Source of the DNA: a virus
IMG/VR virus record: IMGVR_UViG_3300011400_000001
Coordinates: 1-47,096 of that record
Direction: 5' to 3' (one strand)
DNA length: 47,096 nt
In this document: one piece after another, positions 33,061 through 42,340 of the stretch
How the letters are laid out: each line of letters opens with the position of its first letter
How positions within the stretch are numbered: position 1 is the first letter of the stretch
Position numbers and translations under genes: made by a program
The notes under the pieces: generated by a model
Database searches by the model: none
Seen by the model: the letters and a program-made list of their open reading frames with translations, nothing else
What the model was told of the DNA's origin: nothing

Positions 33061-33774
33061 ATGCCACGCGGAACTACATTAGCTACTGCCCTTCTACTGT
33101 TAAAGGCAGAGATTGGTTACAGCCTGACGGCAGGTGTCTCTGCTGCGGACGATCAGCAGCTTTATCGGTTGATCGACAACGAACAGAAGCGGCTTGCTGC
33201 CGATTACGACTGGCCATTTCTCGACAAATATGCAGACGTTGTCGCTACTGTTGGAAGCCGGAACCTCAACTTTCCGGGAACTAACGTTGTCCTCGAACGT
33301 CCCCTTCGAGTCGAACGCAAATTCAATACGTTGTGGCAAGAAATCAAACATGGGATCGAAGACTCCGACTACAATGTCTCTAACAGCGATGTGGGAGTCC
33401 AGCAAGACCCAATACAAAAGTGGCGCCTTAACAGCGATGGCTCAACGTTCGAAGTCTGGCCAATTCCTGCAACGGTACAGACTGTCCGCTTTCATGGCCA
33501 ACGGCCCATTACGACGCTCTTGAATGCTGGCTCCTATGACTCAACGAAGGTTCTCGATCTTGACGATGTCCTCGTAGTCCTGTTCGTTGCTGCCAACCGT
33601 CTCATGCGAATGAAACAACAAGACGCACCTCTTATGTTGCAAAGAGCACAACAGAGGTTGCAGATGCTTCGTGTTAGTGGACCAGCTATATCAGAGCAAC
33701 GGACCATTCTTGGTGGAGACGGTGATCGGAGAGATCGTCGCAATGTTGGTATGACAGTGATAGTTGCACCTTAA
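33061..33774 (+). CDS. Hypothetical virion protein (possible head-tail adaptor)
   Basis: 237 aa. The assignment rests on position and a weak resemblance to adaptor/head-completion proteins only. Confidence 0.5.
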   Translation: MPRGTTLATALLLLKAEIGYSLTAGVSAADDQQLYRLIDNEQKRLAADYDWPFLDKYADVVATVGSRNLNFPGTNVVLERPLRVERKFNTLWQEIKHGIEDSDYNVSNSDVGVQQDPIQKWRLNSDGSTFEVWPIPATVQTVRFHGQRPITTLLNAGSYDSTKVLDLDDVLVVLFVAANRLMRMKQQDAPLMLQRAQQRLQMLRVSGPAISEQRTILGGDGDRRDRRNVGMTVIVAP

Positions 33775-33787
33775 TCATTCAAAAACT

Positions 33788-34495
33788 ATGACACACTCCT
33801 TCACAACTCTTAACAGCTACTTCGTGCTAATACCAGGCTTCGCGGGACGAATCGGTAGCATGACTCTCCGTGCTCTCCGATGCAACAATGCGGGTGTCAC
33901 GGACCGCTGGTTACAATGCCATTCGGGAGTGGCAATACCTGCTGACACGGCGGTACCAGTGCGGACACCATTGTACCTTCCTGCGAACTACATCTCAGAA
34001 GATACTCTCCTGGATGGGGGTGTCATAGCTGCCCCTGGGTTGGTGTTAGTTGTTAGCTCCACACGGGCTACCTTAACAAAGGACGTGGCTGCCACAGTAG
34101 ACATCACTGCCGACGTCGACGAATACGAGCAAGCACCAACAGAGGCGACTGCCGTAGGGGATACTACTACAGGTGTCATTAGTCGTCAAATATGGGCCAG
34201 TTCCGCTGGCCCTAAGAGGTTGGTGCGGGTGGACTATAGCAATACTACCGGTGCTTCAATTTATGCCCAGGTGTTTGCTCGTGATTCCCTCATTGCGTCA
34301 ATGCCATCGTTATCGGAGACCTTAGTTGCGGCTAACAGCTCTGTGAGTGTCTCCTTCGGTGGGGGACTGGTTCCGTATGAACAAACGTCCGCGTTTGTTG
34401 TTCACAAAGGATGTACGATTTGCTTTAGTACGACGGCTGGGGTCCTAACAGCGGTTGGAGGTGCTAGTGGTACCATTCGGGCATACTACCAATAA
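33788..34495 (+). CDS. Hypothetical structural protein (235 aa)
   Basis: ATG 33788 (the track start 33764 is TTG). Thr/Ser/Val-rich and beta-rich. Confidence 0.5.
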   Translation: MTHSFTTLNSYFVLIPGFAGRIGSMTLRALRCNNAGVTDRWLQCHSGVAIPADTAVPVRTPLYLPANYISEDTLLDGGVIAAPGLVLVVSSTRATLTKDVAATVDITADVDEYEQAPTEATAVGDTTTGVISRQIWASSAGPKRLVRVDYSNTTGASIYAQVFARDSLIASMPSLSETLVAANSSVSVSFGGGLVPYEQTSAFVVHKGCTICFSTTAGVLTAVGGASGTIRAYYQ

Positions 34496-34499
34496 GGGT

Positions 34500-35258
34500 A
34501 TGAAAAAGACTATTTTCGTATTGATGATTGTGTTTGTGTGTCGAGGGTGGGGAGCTGTTCCAGCACCATCGACGACGGTATACACGAGAGGGTTACTCAT
34601 CACCACGAACTCGACAGAAGCCCGAACGTATCTTGGTGTTGGAGCTACCCAAACGAATACAACTATTATCGTAACGAATCTTACTGTCATAAACACGAAC
34701 ACCTTCAATGTGGGTAAGGGTGGACACTTGACGGTGTCGAACTCCTTCACTATTCTGACCAATGTTACGTTCAGCGTACAGAACCTTCCGCTTCCTGCGG
34801 TGTTGGTTGTGGGTACCAATGGTATTTTAACCAACGCAACGTTGAGTAACATAACACTAAGTAACGATGGTGTTCTTGCTGCTAGCGGGGATACGACGGG
34901 AACTAATATCGTTACGTTGACGATGGCTGGCACGAACGTCTCGTCAATGGACTTCAGTCTCGTCCAACGCGGTGGGATATTTAAGCTAGTGCTGACAGGA
35001 AATGCCTATGTTGGCGCTCCGGCAAATGTGGCTACGTCGCCATTCAGCAAGGCATGGATGCTAGTGCAACAACCCTCGACCGGAACGTGCTTGTTGCAAT
35101 TCACCAACGGTCATTTTGCATGGCCTGAAGGGGTGTCGCCGGTGATGTCAACTAACGGTGGGGATGTAGCTTTGTTCGAGTTCGTTAGCGATGTTTTTAC
35201 CAACTCCATTTTACACGGAGTCATGGTTCCGTTGTCAAAGCTTGCAACGAACATGTGA
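34500..35258 (+). CDS. Beta-helix-like repeat protein with N-terminal signal peptide (MKKTIFVLMIVFVCRGWGA)
   Basis: ATG 34500. Contains repetitive T/N/V segments (TNLTVINTNTFNVGKGGHLTVSNSFTILTNVTFSV). Its first 26 nt are about 85% identical to the start of 31930..32496. Confidence 0.55.
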   Translation: MKKTIFVLMIVFVCRGWGAVPAPSTTVYTRGLLITTNSTEARTYLGVGATQTNTTIIVTNLTVINTNTFNVGKGGHLTVSNSFTILTNVTFSVQNLPLPAVLVVGTNGILTNATLSNITLSNDGVLAASGDTTGTNIVTLTMAGTNVSSMDFSLVQRGGIFKLVLTGNAYVGAPANVATSPFSKAWMLVQQPSTGTCLLQFTNGHFAWPEGVSPVMSTNGGDVALFEFVSDVFTNSILHGVMVPLSKLATNM

Positions 35259-35259
35259 T

Positions 35260-36111
35260 ATGAGAGCACTATTCTTCATTGGACTGCTGTTCACACAGGT
35301 TAGCCACGCAGCGTTCTTCAACTCTTATGACTGGGAGAGCCGGAATTGGCACCAAATCACTCCGATGTCTGGTAATACCTACGTCGCCGGAACGAGGTGG
35401 ATGCTTCAGACAAGGGCAGCAGGTTTGCGGAAGTCAATCATGCGAGCTAACCTGATGGCGGGTACAACGTTGGCGGCTGCGTTGAAGCCGATAGTGAACA
35501 CTTATGGTGACGCAGTAGACGGAGAGACTGGCTCTGCTGGAACCTATTCGGAAGCCAATGGCGTTACCTATACACCAGCTGGATCAAGTATGATTTACAC
35601 TGGCCTGAACCCGACGAGCATCCCACTCAACTCAGCTAGCATGGCCATTTACACGGGTGGCACGCCTGGGCAGAACGGCAACGTCGATATTGGCGCACAA
35701 ACCTTTGCGTCGCTCAAATTCTTTAGCATGGTTACAGCATTCACTGGCAGTGGGCAGACGGCGAACGTTTGGACTAACTCTGGATCGCCGCTCAGCACGG
35801 ATACTAATGGTACTGGCTGGTATATGGGCAGCCGGATTTCGACGGCGACTAACGGTGTTTCGATTTATCGTAATGGGGTTATGGTGGGGCGCTCAACGTT
35901 GATTGGAAGCTCGCAACCGAGCACGGCCGGGAGTGCTAGTCCGGGGTTGTATGTCCTCGGTCTCAACAATTCAGGGTCACCAATCCTGGCATCTAGCAGA
36001 GCCGGGCGCGGCTATCAGATTGGACAAGGTTTCAATGATGTGCAAGCCGGAGCGTCAGCTCGAATCTGGCACCGGTTTCAGGTAACGCTTGGGCGAGCGG
36101 TAGCGCCGTGA
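35260..36111 (+). CDS. LamG/concanavalin-like domain protein with N-terminal signal peptide (MRALFFIGLLFTQVSHAAF)
   Basis: ATG 35260 lies 1 nt after the upstream stop. The C-terminal pattern GWYMGSRISTATNGVSIYRNGVMVG..LYVLGLNNSG is LamG-like. Confidence 0.5.
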   Translation: MRALFFIGLLFTQVSHAAFFNSYDWESRNWHQITPMSGNTYVAGTRWMLQTRAAGLRKSIMRANLMAGTTLAAALKPIVNTYGDAVDGETGSAGTYSEANGVTYTPAGSSMIYTGLNPTSIPLNSASMAIYTGGTPGQNGNVDIGAQTFASLKFFSMVTAFTGSGQTANVWTNSGSPLSTDTNGTGWYMGSRISTATNGVSIYRNGVMVGRSTLIGSSQPSTAGSASPGLYVLGLNNSGSPILASSRAGRGYQIGQGFNDVQAGASARIWHRFQVTLGRAVAP

Positions 36112-36117
36112 TACGTT

Positions 36118-36456
36118 ATGGGCCTGACAGAACTACGTACCAAACACCTACCTCACATTACTCCGGTAGTGTTGCTTTGCATAGCGTTCATGCTTGCCAA
36201 CTCTTCCGGCCCGTTGTTAGTCTGGCTCGAACGTATGCAAGAGAAGGCCAAAACTAGTGGCCTTGATTGGTTTGACGCTTCGATGACAATAGTGTTTATG
36301 GGAGGGCTGTTCGGGAGCACGTTCCTTGCATTTCGGAGTCGTGTTTATACAGATTGGAGAAACGAACGTGACTTGCAGAAAAAGAAAGACTACGAGACAG
36401 ACTTAATAAAGCAACAAAAGTTGGATGAGGAAGGCCGACTGAAGACTTTGGGATGA
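36118..36456 (+). CDS. Two-TM membrane protein with charged C-terminus (holin-like)
   Basis: Predicted TM segments ITPVVLLCIAFMLANSSGPLLVWL and MTIVFMGGLFGSTFLAF, then a Lys/Asp/Glu-rich tail. ATGA overlap with REC1. Confidence 0.55.
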   Translation: MGLTELRTKHLPHITPVVLLCIAFMLANSSGPLLVWLERMQEKAKTSGLDWFDASMTIVFMGGLFGSTFLAFRSRVYTDWRNERDLQKKKDYETDLIKQQKLDEEGRLKTLG

Positions 36457-36878
36457 AAGATGTGCTAAAGAGATTCTGGCGCTCACGGGAAGGAGTAGTA
36501 GCCCATCCAGTGAGGGTGGAGGCATTAATCGTTGAGGACAAAAAAGACGAGGCGGACATTCTTAAGACATTGTTGGTACAGCAAGGTGCAGTGGTGACAC
36601 TAGCTTACAGCATTGCCGAGGCTTTGGAGTGTTTGAAGACGATAAACATGTTCCAGTTGGTGTTTGTCGACCTTGGCCTTCCAGATGGGTCGGGGATTGA
36701 GGTAGTTAGGCTTGTGAAGGAACGACGTCGCATGAGTCATGTGATCGTGGTTTCTGGTGCGATTGAGAAGATACCGCTTGTGGTTAGCTACGGTTACATT
36801 GGAATCTTAGGGAAACCTTATACGGTTAACAGCGTTGGAGAAATTCTATGGAAACATCGGTTGCCTTGTGCTTACTAA
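36453..36878 (+). CDS. Stand-alone CheY-like receiver (REC) domain protein 1
   Basis: LIVEDKKDE (acidic pocket), LVFVDLGLPDGSG (phospho-acceptor Asp), VIVVSG (Ser/Thr), LGKPY (Lys). No output domain. Confidence 0.85.
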   Translation: MKDVLKRFWRSREGVVAHPVRVEALIVEDKKDEADILKTLLVQQGAVVTLAYSIAEALECLKTINMFQLVFVDLGLPDGSGIEVVRLVKERRRMSHVIVVSGAIEKIPLVVSYGYIGILGKPYTVNSVGEILWKHRLPCAY

Positions 36879-36879
36879 T

Positions 36880-37209
36880 ATGAAAACAAACCTATTGTGC
36901 CTATTCGTAATGATGATGTTAGCTTCCTGTTCAGGGTGTTCTACTGCTCGGACGAACGCTTATAAAACACTGGCTATTACTGCTAACACTGTCGACGTTG
37001 CCCTTAAAGCCTATGCTGATGCACGGGTGGCTGGGAAGGTCTCTGATGATACTCATGCTAAGGTTTCTGAGATCAAGACTCGCTACGAGAAAGCTTTTCT
37101 CGCGGCGGCGACGGCGGCTCAGGCTAACCTTGAATCCCCGTCTCCAGCCGATTTGATTGCTGTCACCACTGAACTCTTAGAGATCGTCAACGTTGCGACC
37201 AAGAAATAA
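36880..37209 (+). CDS. Lipoprotein (lipobox MMMLASC), helical
   Basis: ATG 36880 lies 1 nt after the REC1 stop. MKTNLLCLFVMMMLASCSGC is a signal peptide with a lipobox Cys. Confidence 0.6.
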   Translation: MKTNLLCLFVMMMLASCSGCSTARTNAYKTLAITANTVDVALKAYADARVAGKVSDDTHAKVSEIKTRYEKAFLAAATAAQANLESPSPADLIAVTTELLEIVNVATKK

Positions 37210-37210
37210 T

Positions 37211-37399
37211 ATGACCTGGGAACTTGCTATACCACTCATCGTCAAATACGGTGCCGAAGCTACTTGGCGTATCATCGAAGTGATTAAATCCTACCCCGAT
37301 GGACCGACCAAAGAAGCCTTCGACGAGATCATCGCCATTTCACAGAAACCGTTGGCTGACTACATTCGTGAAGCTGAGGAAAGAGAGAAGCTGCGATAA
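37211..37399 (+). CDS. Hypothetical small protein (62 aa)
   Basis: ATG 37211 lies 1 nt after the upstream stop. Confidence 0.45.
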   Translation: MTWELAIPLIVKYGAEATWRIIEVIKSYPDGPTKEAFDEIIAISQKPLADYIREAEEREKLR

Positions 37400-37402
37400 G
37401 GT

Positions 37403-37867
37403 ATGCTGCGAAGCCAACAGAGATTTGTTCTTATTGTAGACGACGATCATTACGTCGTCTCGGTATTCCGGCGCACCTTCGAAAGGCAGGAGGATTTCCT
37501 GTTGGATGTAGCAATGACGGTCGAACATGCCTTGCAGAAGATACGGGTGGTGCAGTACGATCTCATATTCCTAGATATGAAAATCGGTACCAACTACGCG
37601 GGAATGGAAGTCCTTCGGGAGTTGAATCGACAAGCGATTAAGTTGGAAGCGGATAGACTACAGACGCCGAACAGCTTAGTAATCATTATGACTTCTTCAA
37701 TCCAGTTGCGAGAAGTGATGCCAGAGGCACATGAACTTGGGGTTGTGTGCTTTATGGACAAACCGGTACCTCTAGATGAGAAGTTCATTCGCAAAATCGT
37801 ACACAGGGTAGGGCTTCCACTGCTGCCAAGAAGGAGTGGTGGGGGGAGCAGTCCACCGATACATTAA
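37403..37867 (+). CDS. Stand-alone CheY-like receiver (REC) domain protein 2
   Basis: VLIVDDDH, LIFLDMKI (acceptor Asp), VIIMTSS (Thr), FMDKPV (Lys). It has a short Pro/Gly/Ser tail and no output domain. Confidence 0.85.
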   Translation: MLRSQQRFVLIVDDDHYVVSVFRRTFERQEDFLLDVAMTVEHALQKIRVVQYDLIFLDMKIGTNYAGMEVLRELNRQAIKLEADRLQTPNSLVIIMTSSIQLREVMPEAHELGVVCFMDKPVPLDEKFIRKIVHRVGLPLLPRRSGGGSSPPIH

Positions 37868-39490
37868 ATGGCATACATCGTCATAGAGAACTTCAAGTTT
37901 GGCCTCGATGCGCGGAGGTCGGAGCTGACGTCTAAGCCAGGGACGTTGGTTAATCTTGAGAATGCCCACATTAACCAAGGTGGTGAGGTTGAGAAGAGGA
38001 AGGCTTTCATAAAGACTGACATTGTTAGTAGCATCAATCCATCACTAATCCCGAAAGGTTTCCAAGAAGGAGTTGATGGTATCTACGTTTTTGGTACCTT
38101 TGTCGATCCAGGAGGGTGGCCGTCGCCAATAAAGTATCAAGCACTCCTACGTAGCCCTCTTTCTATTGACAACACTTCTAGCATTGGAGCAGCCGCTGGG
38201 TTCACTAGAGTAGTGTTTTCGACTGTCTTTGCTGGCAAGATATTCGTCATTGCGGAGTTTGCTGATGGTTACTTTGGTTTCTATGATGGAGTGCAGATTA
38301 CGGACTTCTCAAGTGGGTTGAAGCTAAATGCCATCACGCAGAATACTGGCCTCCTAAAGGACCTCCTAACCGCCATACAAGCGTCTGGTGTTTATACTGG
38401 CGATCAGCCGGTGTTGCAGCCACAGACTCTCAACGTCTACGGTCCTGATGGGTCGACATATACAGTATCTATAGTAGAGACTGCCGCTGCTGGTACCTTA
38501 ACGTCAGCACTAGTTAATACTGGCATCCCTGGTAAGCAGGCTACTCAGGCGATCGGATCGTTCCAAATCATTGCTGGCACAGAGGCTGCGGGACATCAAA
38601 TAACTCAGGTTACTGTCGGAGTGACAGACCTTCTCCCTGCCCTCGCCCCAGTGCCTTTTAATGATGGAGTCGAACAAACAGCCTCTGATGTTGTAGTGGC
38701 AATTAACGCTAATACTGGAACATCTGGCTATTCTGCTGTGGCAAACCAGGGAACAGTGATTATTTCTTCGGTAGCAACTGGAACTGGAAATAACGGTAAG
38801 GCTATAACAGTCACATCTGCAGTGGATGTCTGTATTGGTCAGTGTATATTTGCACTGGTCGGTACAGGTTTTAGCCTTGACTTTATTAACGCTAACGGTA
38901 CGAACGTGCTTTCTGCTGTGATGAACTACCCCTTGATTCCTGGGCAGTCTATGTCGACGTTTGTTGCTTCAGTTAGAGATAACATTAACGCTGGAACAGG
39001 AACGCACGGGTTTCTCTCGGCGGCAGTGGGTAACTCCTTATACCTCTCTAAGGCTGTTACGGTTAGTACCGATGCTATAATCGCGGTCTCAGTAGGTGTT
39101 ACTCCCACAACAGGTGGGACCGCTGTTATAGGAAACTTAGTGCCATTATTGGTTGGTGTTTCAACGAATCTCTTACCTGCATACTTTCTAAGTCAAGCTG
39201 GCCGCTTCGGGATAATCCATAGAATAGATATAACACCGGCGGTAACTGCCCTGGTGTCTAATGGAGTTCCTCCATACACGTATCAATGGTCCGCTCTTGA
39301 GCAGGGTATTAACCCTTTTAACCCTTCTGTGGTTCCAGATACTCCTAACAACGCTACCACGATATTTAGAATTTTTCGAAACTCTGGTAATGCTGGGGAG
39401 TTCTGGCATGGAACGTTGCACGCAGTCTGTACCGTGGTAGACTCTGTAGGAGCTACCTTTATTGGCCCTCAAGTGTCTATCGTAATATGA
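37868..39490 (+). CDS. Tail tubular/nozzle-like protein (T7 gp12-class N-terminus) with Ig-like/Thr-Gly-rich C-terminal region
   Basis: The N-terminus NFKFGLDARRSELTSKPGTLVNLENAHINQGGEVEKRKAF resembles the gp12-type pattern GG.SQQP....N....G..KRP. It sits before the internal-protein genes. Confidence 0.45.
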   Translation: MAYIVIENFKFGLDARRSELTSKPGTLVNLENAHINQGGEVEKRKAFIKTDIVSSINPSLIPKGFQEGVDGIYVFGTFVDPGGWPSPIKYQALLRSPLSIDNTSSIGAAAGFTRVVFSTVFAGKIFVIAEFADGYFGFYDGVQITDFSSGLKLNAITQNTGLLKDLLTAIQASGVYTGDQPVLQPQTLNVYGPDGSTYTVSIVETAAAGTLTSALVNTGIPGKQATQAIGSFQIIAGTEAAGHQITQVTVGVTDLLPALAPVPFNDGVEQTASDVVVAINANTGTSGYSAVANQGTVIISSVATGTGNNGKAITVTSAVDVCIGQCIFALVGTGFSLDFINANGTNVLSAVMNYPLIPGQSMSTFVASVRDNINAGTGTHGFLSAAVGNSLYLSKAVTVSTDAIIAVSVGVTPTTGGTAVIGNLVPLLVGVSTNLLPAYFLSQAGRFGIIHRIDITPAVTALVSNGVPPYTYQWSALEQGINPFNPSVVPDTPNNATTIFRIFRNSGNAGEFWHGTLHAVCTVVDSVGATFIGPQVSIVI

Positions 39491-40695
39491 CGACGCTGGA
39501 TTTATCGTTGAACACTTCTGCTTCCACTATGAGTGGTGGGATAGCAGCCGTCGTTGGTGTGGGACAGCGGCAACTCTTTACTATTGGTGGCACTTGGGCC
39601 GTAGGTGATAAAGCTACGATAGTGTTCACACAAAACGTTTCTGGCACTCAAACACAAGTAGGTGCAGGGTACATTACAGGGATTGTTCCGGCTTATTGTT
39701 TTACGTTCAACGATAAGCTGTATTTGTTAGCTGGCTCTACGGTGTACTTTTCATCTATAGCACAGCCAACGGTGTTTAATGACCTTGATGCTGTGAATAA
39801 TGGGTTTGTTTTGTTAACGAATCACTATGCTACACCAGAGAACCTTACTGCCATAGCTTCGTTCCAAGGAAGGCTGGTATTCTTCTCGCGGCAGGGGGTG
39901 CAGATATGGACCACACCGGCTGAACCATCGGCGTGGCAGTTGAACCAGGTGTTTGAGTACATCGGAACGAGGAGTCCCTTGTCTGTGAAGACAGTGGGTG
40001 ATTTTGAGGTATTCTTCTTAGATGAAACGGGCATCCGCTCATTAAGGGTTCGTGATAACACCCTCAACGCCTTCTCCGAAGACCTTGGCTCCCCTATTGA
40101 CGAGTTAGTCCAGGCCAAGCTGGTGGCATCATCCGACGCGCAGAAGAATGCGGCCTGTGCGGTTGTTGAACCATCCTCGAAGAGGTATTGGATCTTTATC
40201 AAGGACACTATCTATGTGTTCAGTAACTTCCTCTCGTCGAAGATCACGGCGTGGAGCAAGTATCTTCCTACCTATAGTAATGGAGGTGTACAGACGGCCT
40301 TTGTTCCAGAGAAGTTCGTGGTCTTCCAGGGACAAGTTTACTGCCGGGCAGATAACTCGATGTTTCGGTATGGTGGAAGCGATAATAACACCTACGACAA
40401 CGCTGTGGCTACGGCGGAACTTCCCTATCTTGACGCCAAGACACCCTCGACAAGAAAGCTGGCGAAGGGCTTGGACGTCGCGATGACGGGAGCGTGGACG
40501 TTGACGGCCGGTATGGACCCTACTAGTGGACTTCTCGATACGATCTTTTCGGATTCTCTACCATCGTTCGACAAGGGGCATGTTCCTTATTCGAGTCAAG
40601 GTACCCACTTCAAACTAAAGGCCATCACAACAGGCGCAACAGCCGCCAAGATAAGTTCGCTGATCCTTAAGTATGACCTTGGCGAAGAAGAATAA
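39487..40695 (+). CDS. Tail beta-propeller-like structural protein (nozzle/tubular family, putative)
   Basis: 402 aa with repeated blade-like segments (LYLLAGSTVYF, GRLVFFSRQGVQIW, FEVFFLDETGIRSL, YWIFIKDTIYVF). It overlaps the upstream stop. Confidence 0.45.
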   Translation: MTTLDLSLNTSASTMSGGIAAVVGVGQRQLFTIGGTWAVGDKATIVFTQNVSGTQTQVGAGYITGIVPAYCFTFNDKLYLLAGSTVYFSSIAQPTVFNDLDAVNNGFVLLTNHYATPENLTAIASFQGRLVFFSRQGVQIWTTPAEPSAWQLNQVFEYIGTRSPLSVKTVGDFEVFFLDETGIRSLRVRDNTLNAFSEDLGSPIDELVQAKLVASSDAQKNAACAVVEPSSKRYWIFIKDTIYVFSNFLSSKITAWSKYLPTYSNGGVQTAFVPEKFVVFQGQVYCRADNSMFRYGGSDNNTYDNAVATAELPYLDAKTPSTRKLAKGLDVAMTGAWTLTAGMDPTSGLLDTIFSDSLPSFDKGHVPYSSQGTHFKLKAITTGATAAKISSLILKYDLGEEE

Positions 40696-41063
40696 TGGAC
40701 CGCATAGACAAAATAATGACCCGCATTCGGCAGGTGAAGCCTGCGGACATTCCTATCTTGGAGAAGTTAGCTGCTGCGGATAAACACGCACTGATTCTTC
40801 CAACACATGTAGTAGAGCGTAACTATCAGATGATCGGCTACCTGTCGATAGGAGTAGTTCCAACGGTGATAATTTGGCTCGACTCTGATAGAGCGAGTAT
40901 CCGGGATAGTATGGCAGTGATGAATTTTTACGAGAACGCTATCACCGACCGAGGTGGTAGCCATGTGATCGTTCCGTGTAACGAGAAGAGTCCTTTTCGA
41001 CCGTACATCGAAAATGTGGGTTACCTGGACCTTCAGGTAGGAATGTTTATCAAACAACTGTGA
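40695..41063 (+). CDS. Small GNAT-fold-like protein (122 aa), acetyl-CoA motif not evident
   Basis: IRQVKPADIPILEKL ... HVIVPCNEKSPFRPYIENVGY loosely follows the GNAT layout. Weak call. Confidence 0.3.
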   Translation: MDRIDKIMTRIRQVKPADIPILEKLAAADKHALILPTHVVERNYQMIGYLSIGVVPTVIIWLDSDRASIRDSMAVMNFYENAITDRGGSHVIVPCNEKSPFRPYIENVGYLDLQVGMFIKQL

Positions 41064-41088
41064 CCAAAGAAGTTGTGAAAGGACTAAC

Positions 41089-41697
41089 ATGTGTGGTGGG
41101 AGTGATGCATCGGACGAGATTGCCAAGCAGCAGGCAAGTAGGCAAGCTCTTATACAACAGGGACTTGGTAGTATAAACCGAGCCTTCGCGGGGTTTGATC
41201 CCGCGTTCTACGACCGTCAGAGACAGGCTGTGCTTGCCGCACAGCTTCCTCTGGTGGGGGATCAGTTCCGTCAACAGAGGAACCAGTTGGTGTCCGGCCT
41301 TGCGGGACAGGGACTATTGAGGTCTTCTGCTGGAGCTGGTCTTGCGGGAGCGTTACAACGGGAGCTTGCGCAGCAACAGACGAATGTGTCGAATCAAGCG
41401 ACACAAGCTGCTCAGAACCTTCAGCAACAAATCGGCAATCAGAAAGGGCAGTTGATCTCCCAGTTACAGCAGAGCGCGGACCCTACGTTAGCCGCTCAAA
41501 GGTCTGTGGAGGCGGCGACACAGTTCTCAGCACCAAGCCTCGTCCAGCCGCTTGGGAACCTATTCCAAAACTGGGCGAACATTTATTTGGCCGGTCGCGT
41601 TGGGCAGGTTTATAATCAAGGAAACCAACAGCAGCAGTCACCTCGAACGTTTTCATCATTTGGTAACAGTACAGCAGTATCTTATACCGTAAAATAA
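41089..41697 (+). CDS. Gln-rich internal virion protein (gp14-like, putative); N-terminus MCGG
   Basis: 202 aa, Q/A/G-rich and coiled-coil-like. Its position matches the internal-protein genes of T7-like podoviruses. Confidence 0.5.
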   Translation: MCGGSDASDEIAKQQASRQALIQQGLGSINRAFAGFDPAFYDRQRQAVLAAQLPLVGDQFRQQRNQLVSGLAGQGLLRSSAGAGLAGALQRELAQQQTNVSNQATQAAQNLQQQIGNQKGQLISQLQQSADPTLAAQRSVEAATQFSAPSLVQPLGNLFQNWANIYLAGRVGQVYNQGNQQQQSPRTFSSFGNSTAVSYTVK

Positions 41698-41706
41698 GGA
41701 CTTCCT

Positions 41707-42336
41707 ATGGGAATTGGAACCATTGCTGGATTAGCTTTGTCGGCGGCTGGAACCGCTGTCAGCATTGCCAATGCTAAAGCGACGCAGCGACGGATGAACG
41801 ACATTGTGGGAGATCAAATCGGTGCGGCGGAGGGATTCCAGGCACAGGCCACTCCTGAGTTTCAACGGTCCTTAGGTGCTACTGGTGCGGAAGCTACCAA
41901 GCGAGCGTTAGCTATTGGAGAACAACAGGCTCTTAGAGAGTATGGGGAAGTGGCAGGACTACCGGCGACGGCTGCAAGTCCGATATTGTCGGATACATTA
42001 GTTAATGCTAGGACGCAGGCACGGATTGGACAGTCTCAGCAGGCACAGGCAGCCTTGCAAGGGTATAATAATGCTACCTTGCAGCAGATACTAGCTAACC
42101 AGAGAGCGCAACAAAACCTTGGCGTGATTTCTGGCATGGCTAGTAGCAGGTCGGCTATTACACCATTCCTCTTACAAGGTGCCCAACAGCAAGGCCAGAA
42201 CCTTGCGGCGGTTGGGAGCCTGCTAGGCACTGCTGGATCATTGGCCGGTATTTACGGGCAGTTGTATCCTTACCTTAATCCTCCGCCAGCGACAGGGCAA
42301 CCACCAGCCGGACGTCCGGGAGCAGGAAGCGAGTAA
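41707..42336 (+). CDS. Internal virion protein with N-terminal TM-like segment (putative)
   Basis: 209 aa. GIGTIAGLALSAAGTAVSIA is hydrophobic. The body is Q/A-rich and the tail is Pro-rich. Confidence 0.5.
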   Translation: MGIGTIAGLALSAAGTAVSIANAKATQRRMNDIVGDQIGAAEGFQAQATPEFQRSLGATGAEATKRALAIGEQQALREYGEVAGLPATAASPILSDTLVNARTQARIGQSQQAQAALQGYNNATLQQILANQRAQQNLGVISGMASSRSAITPFLLQGAQQQGQNLAAVGSLLGTAGSLAGIYGQLYPYLNPPPATGQPPAGRPGAGSE

Positions 42337-42340
42337 TGTT

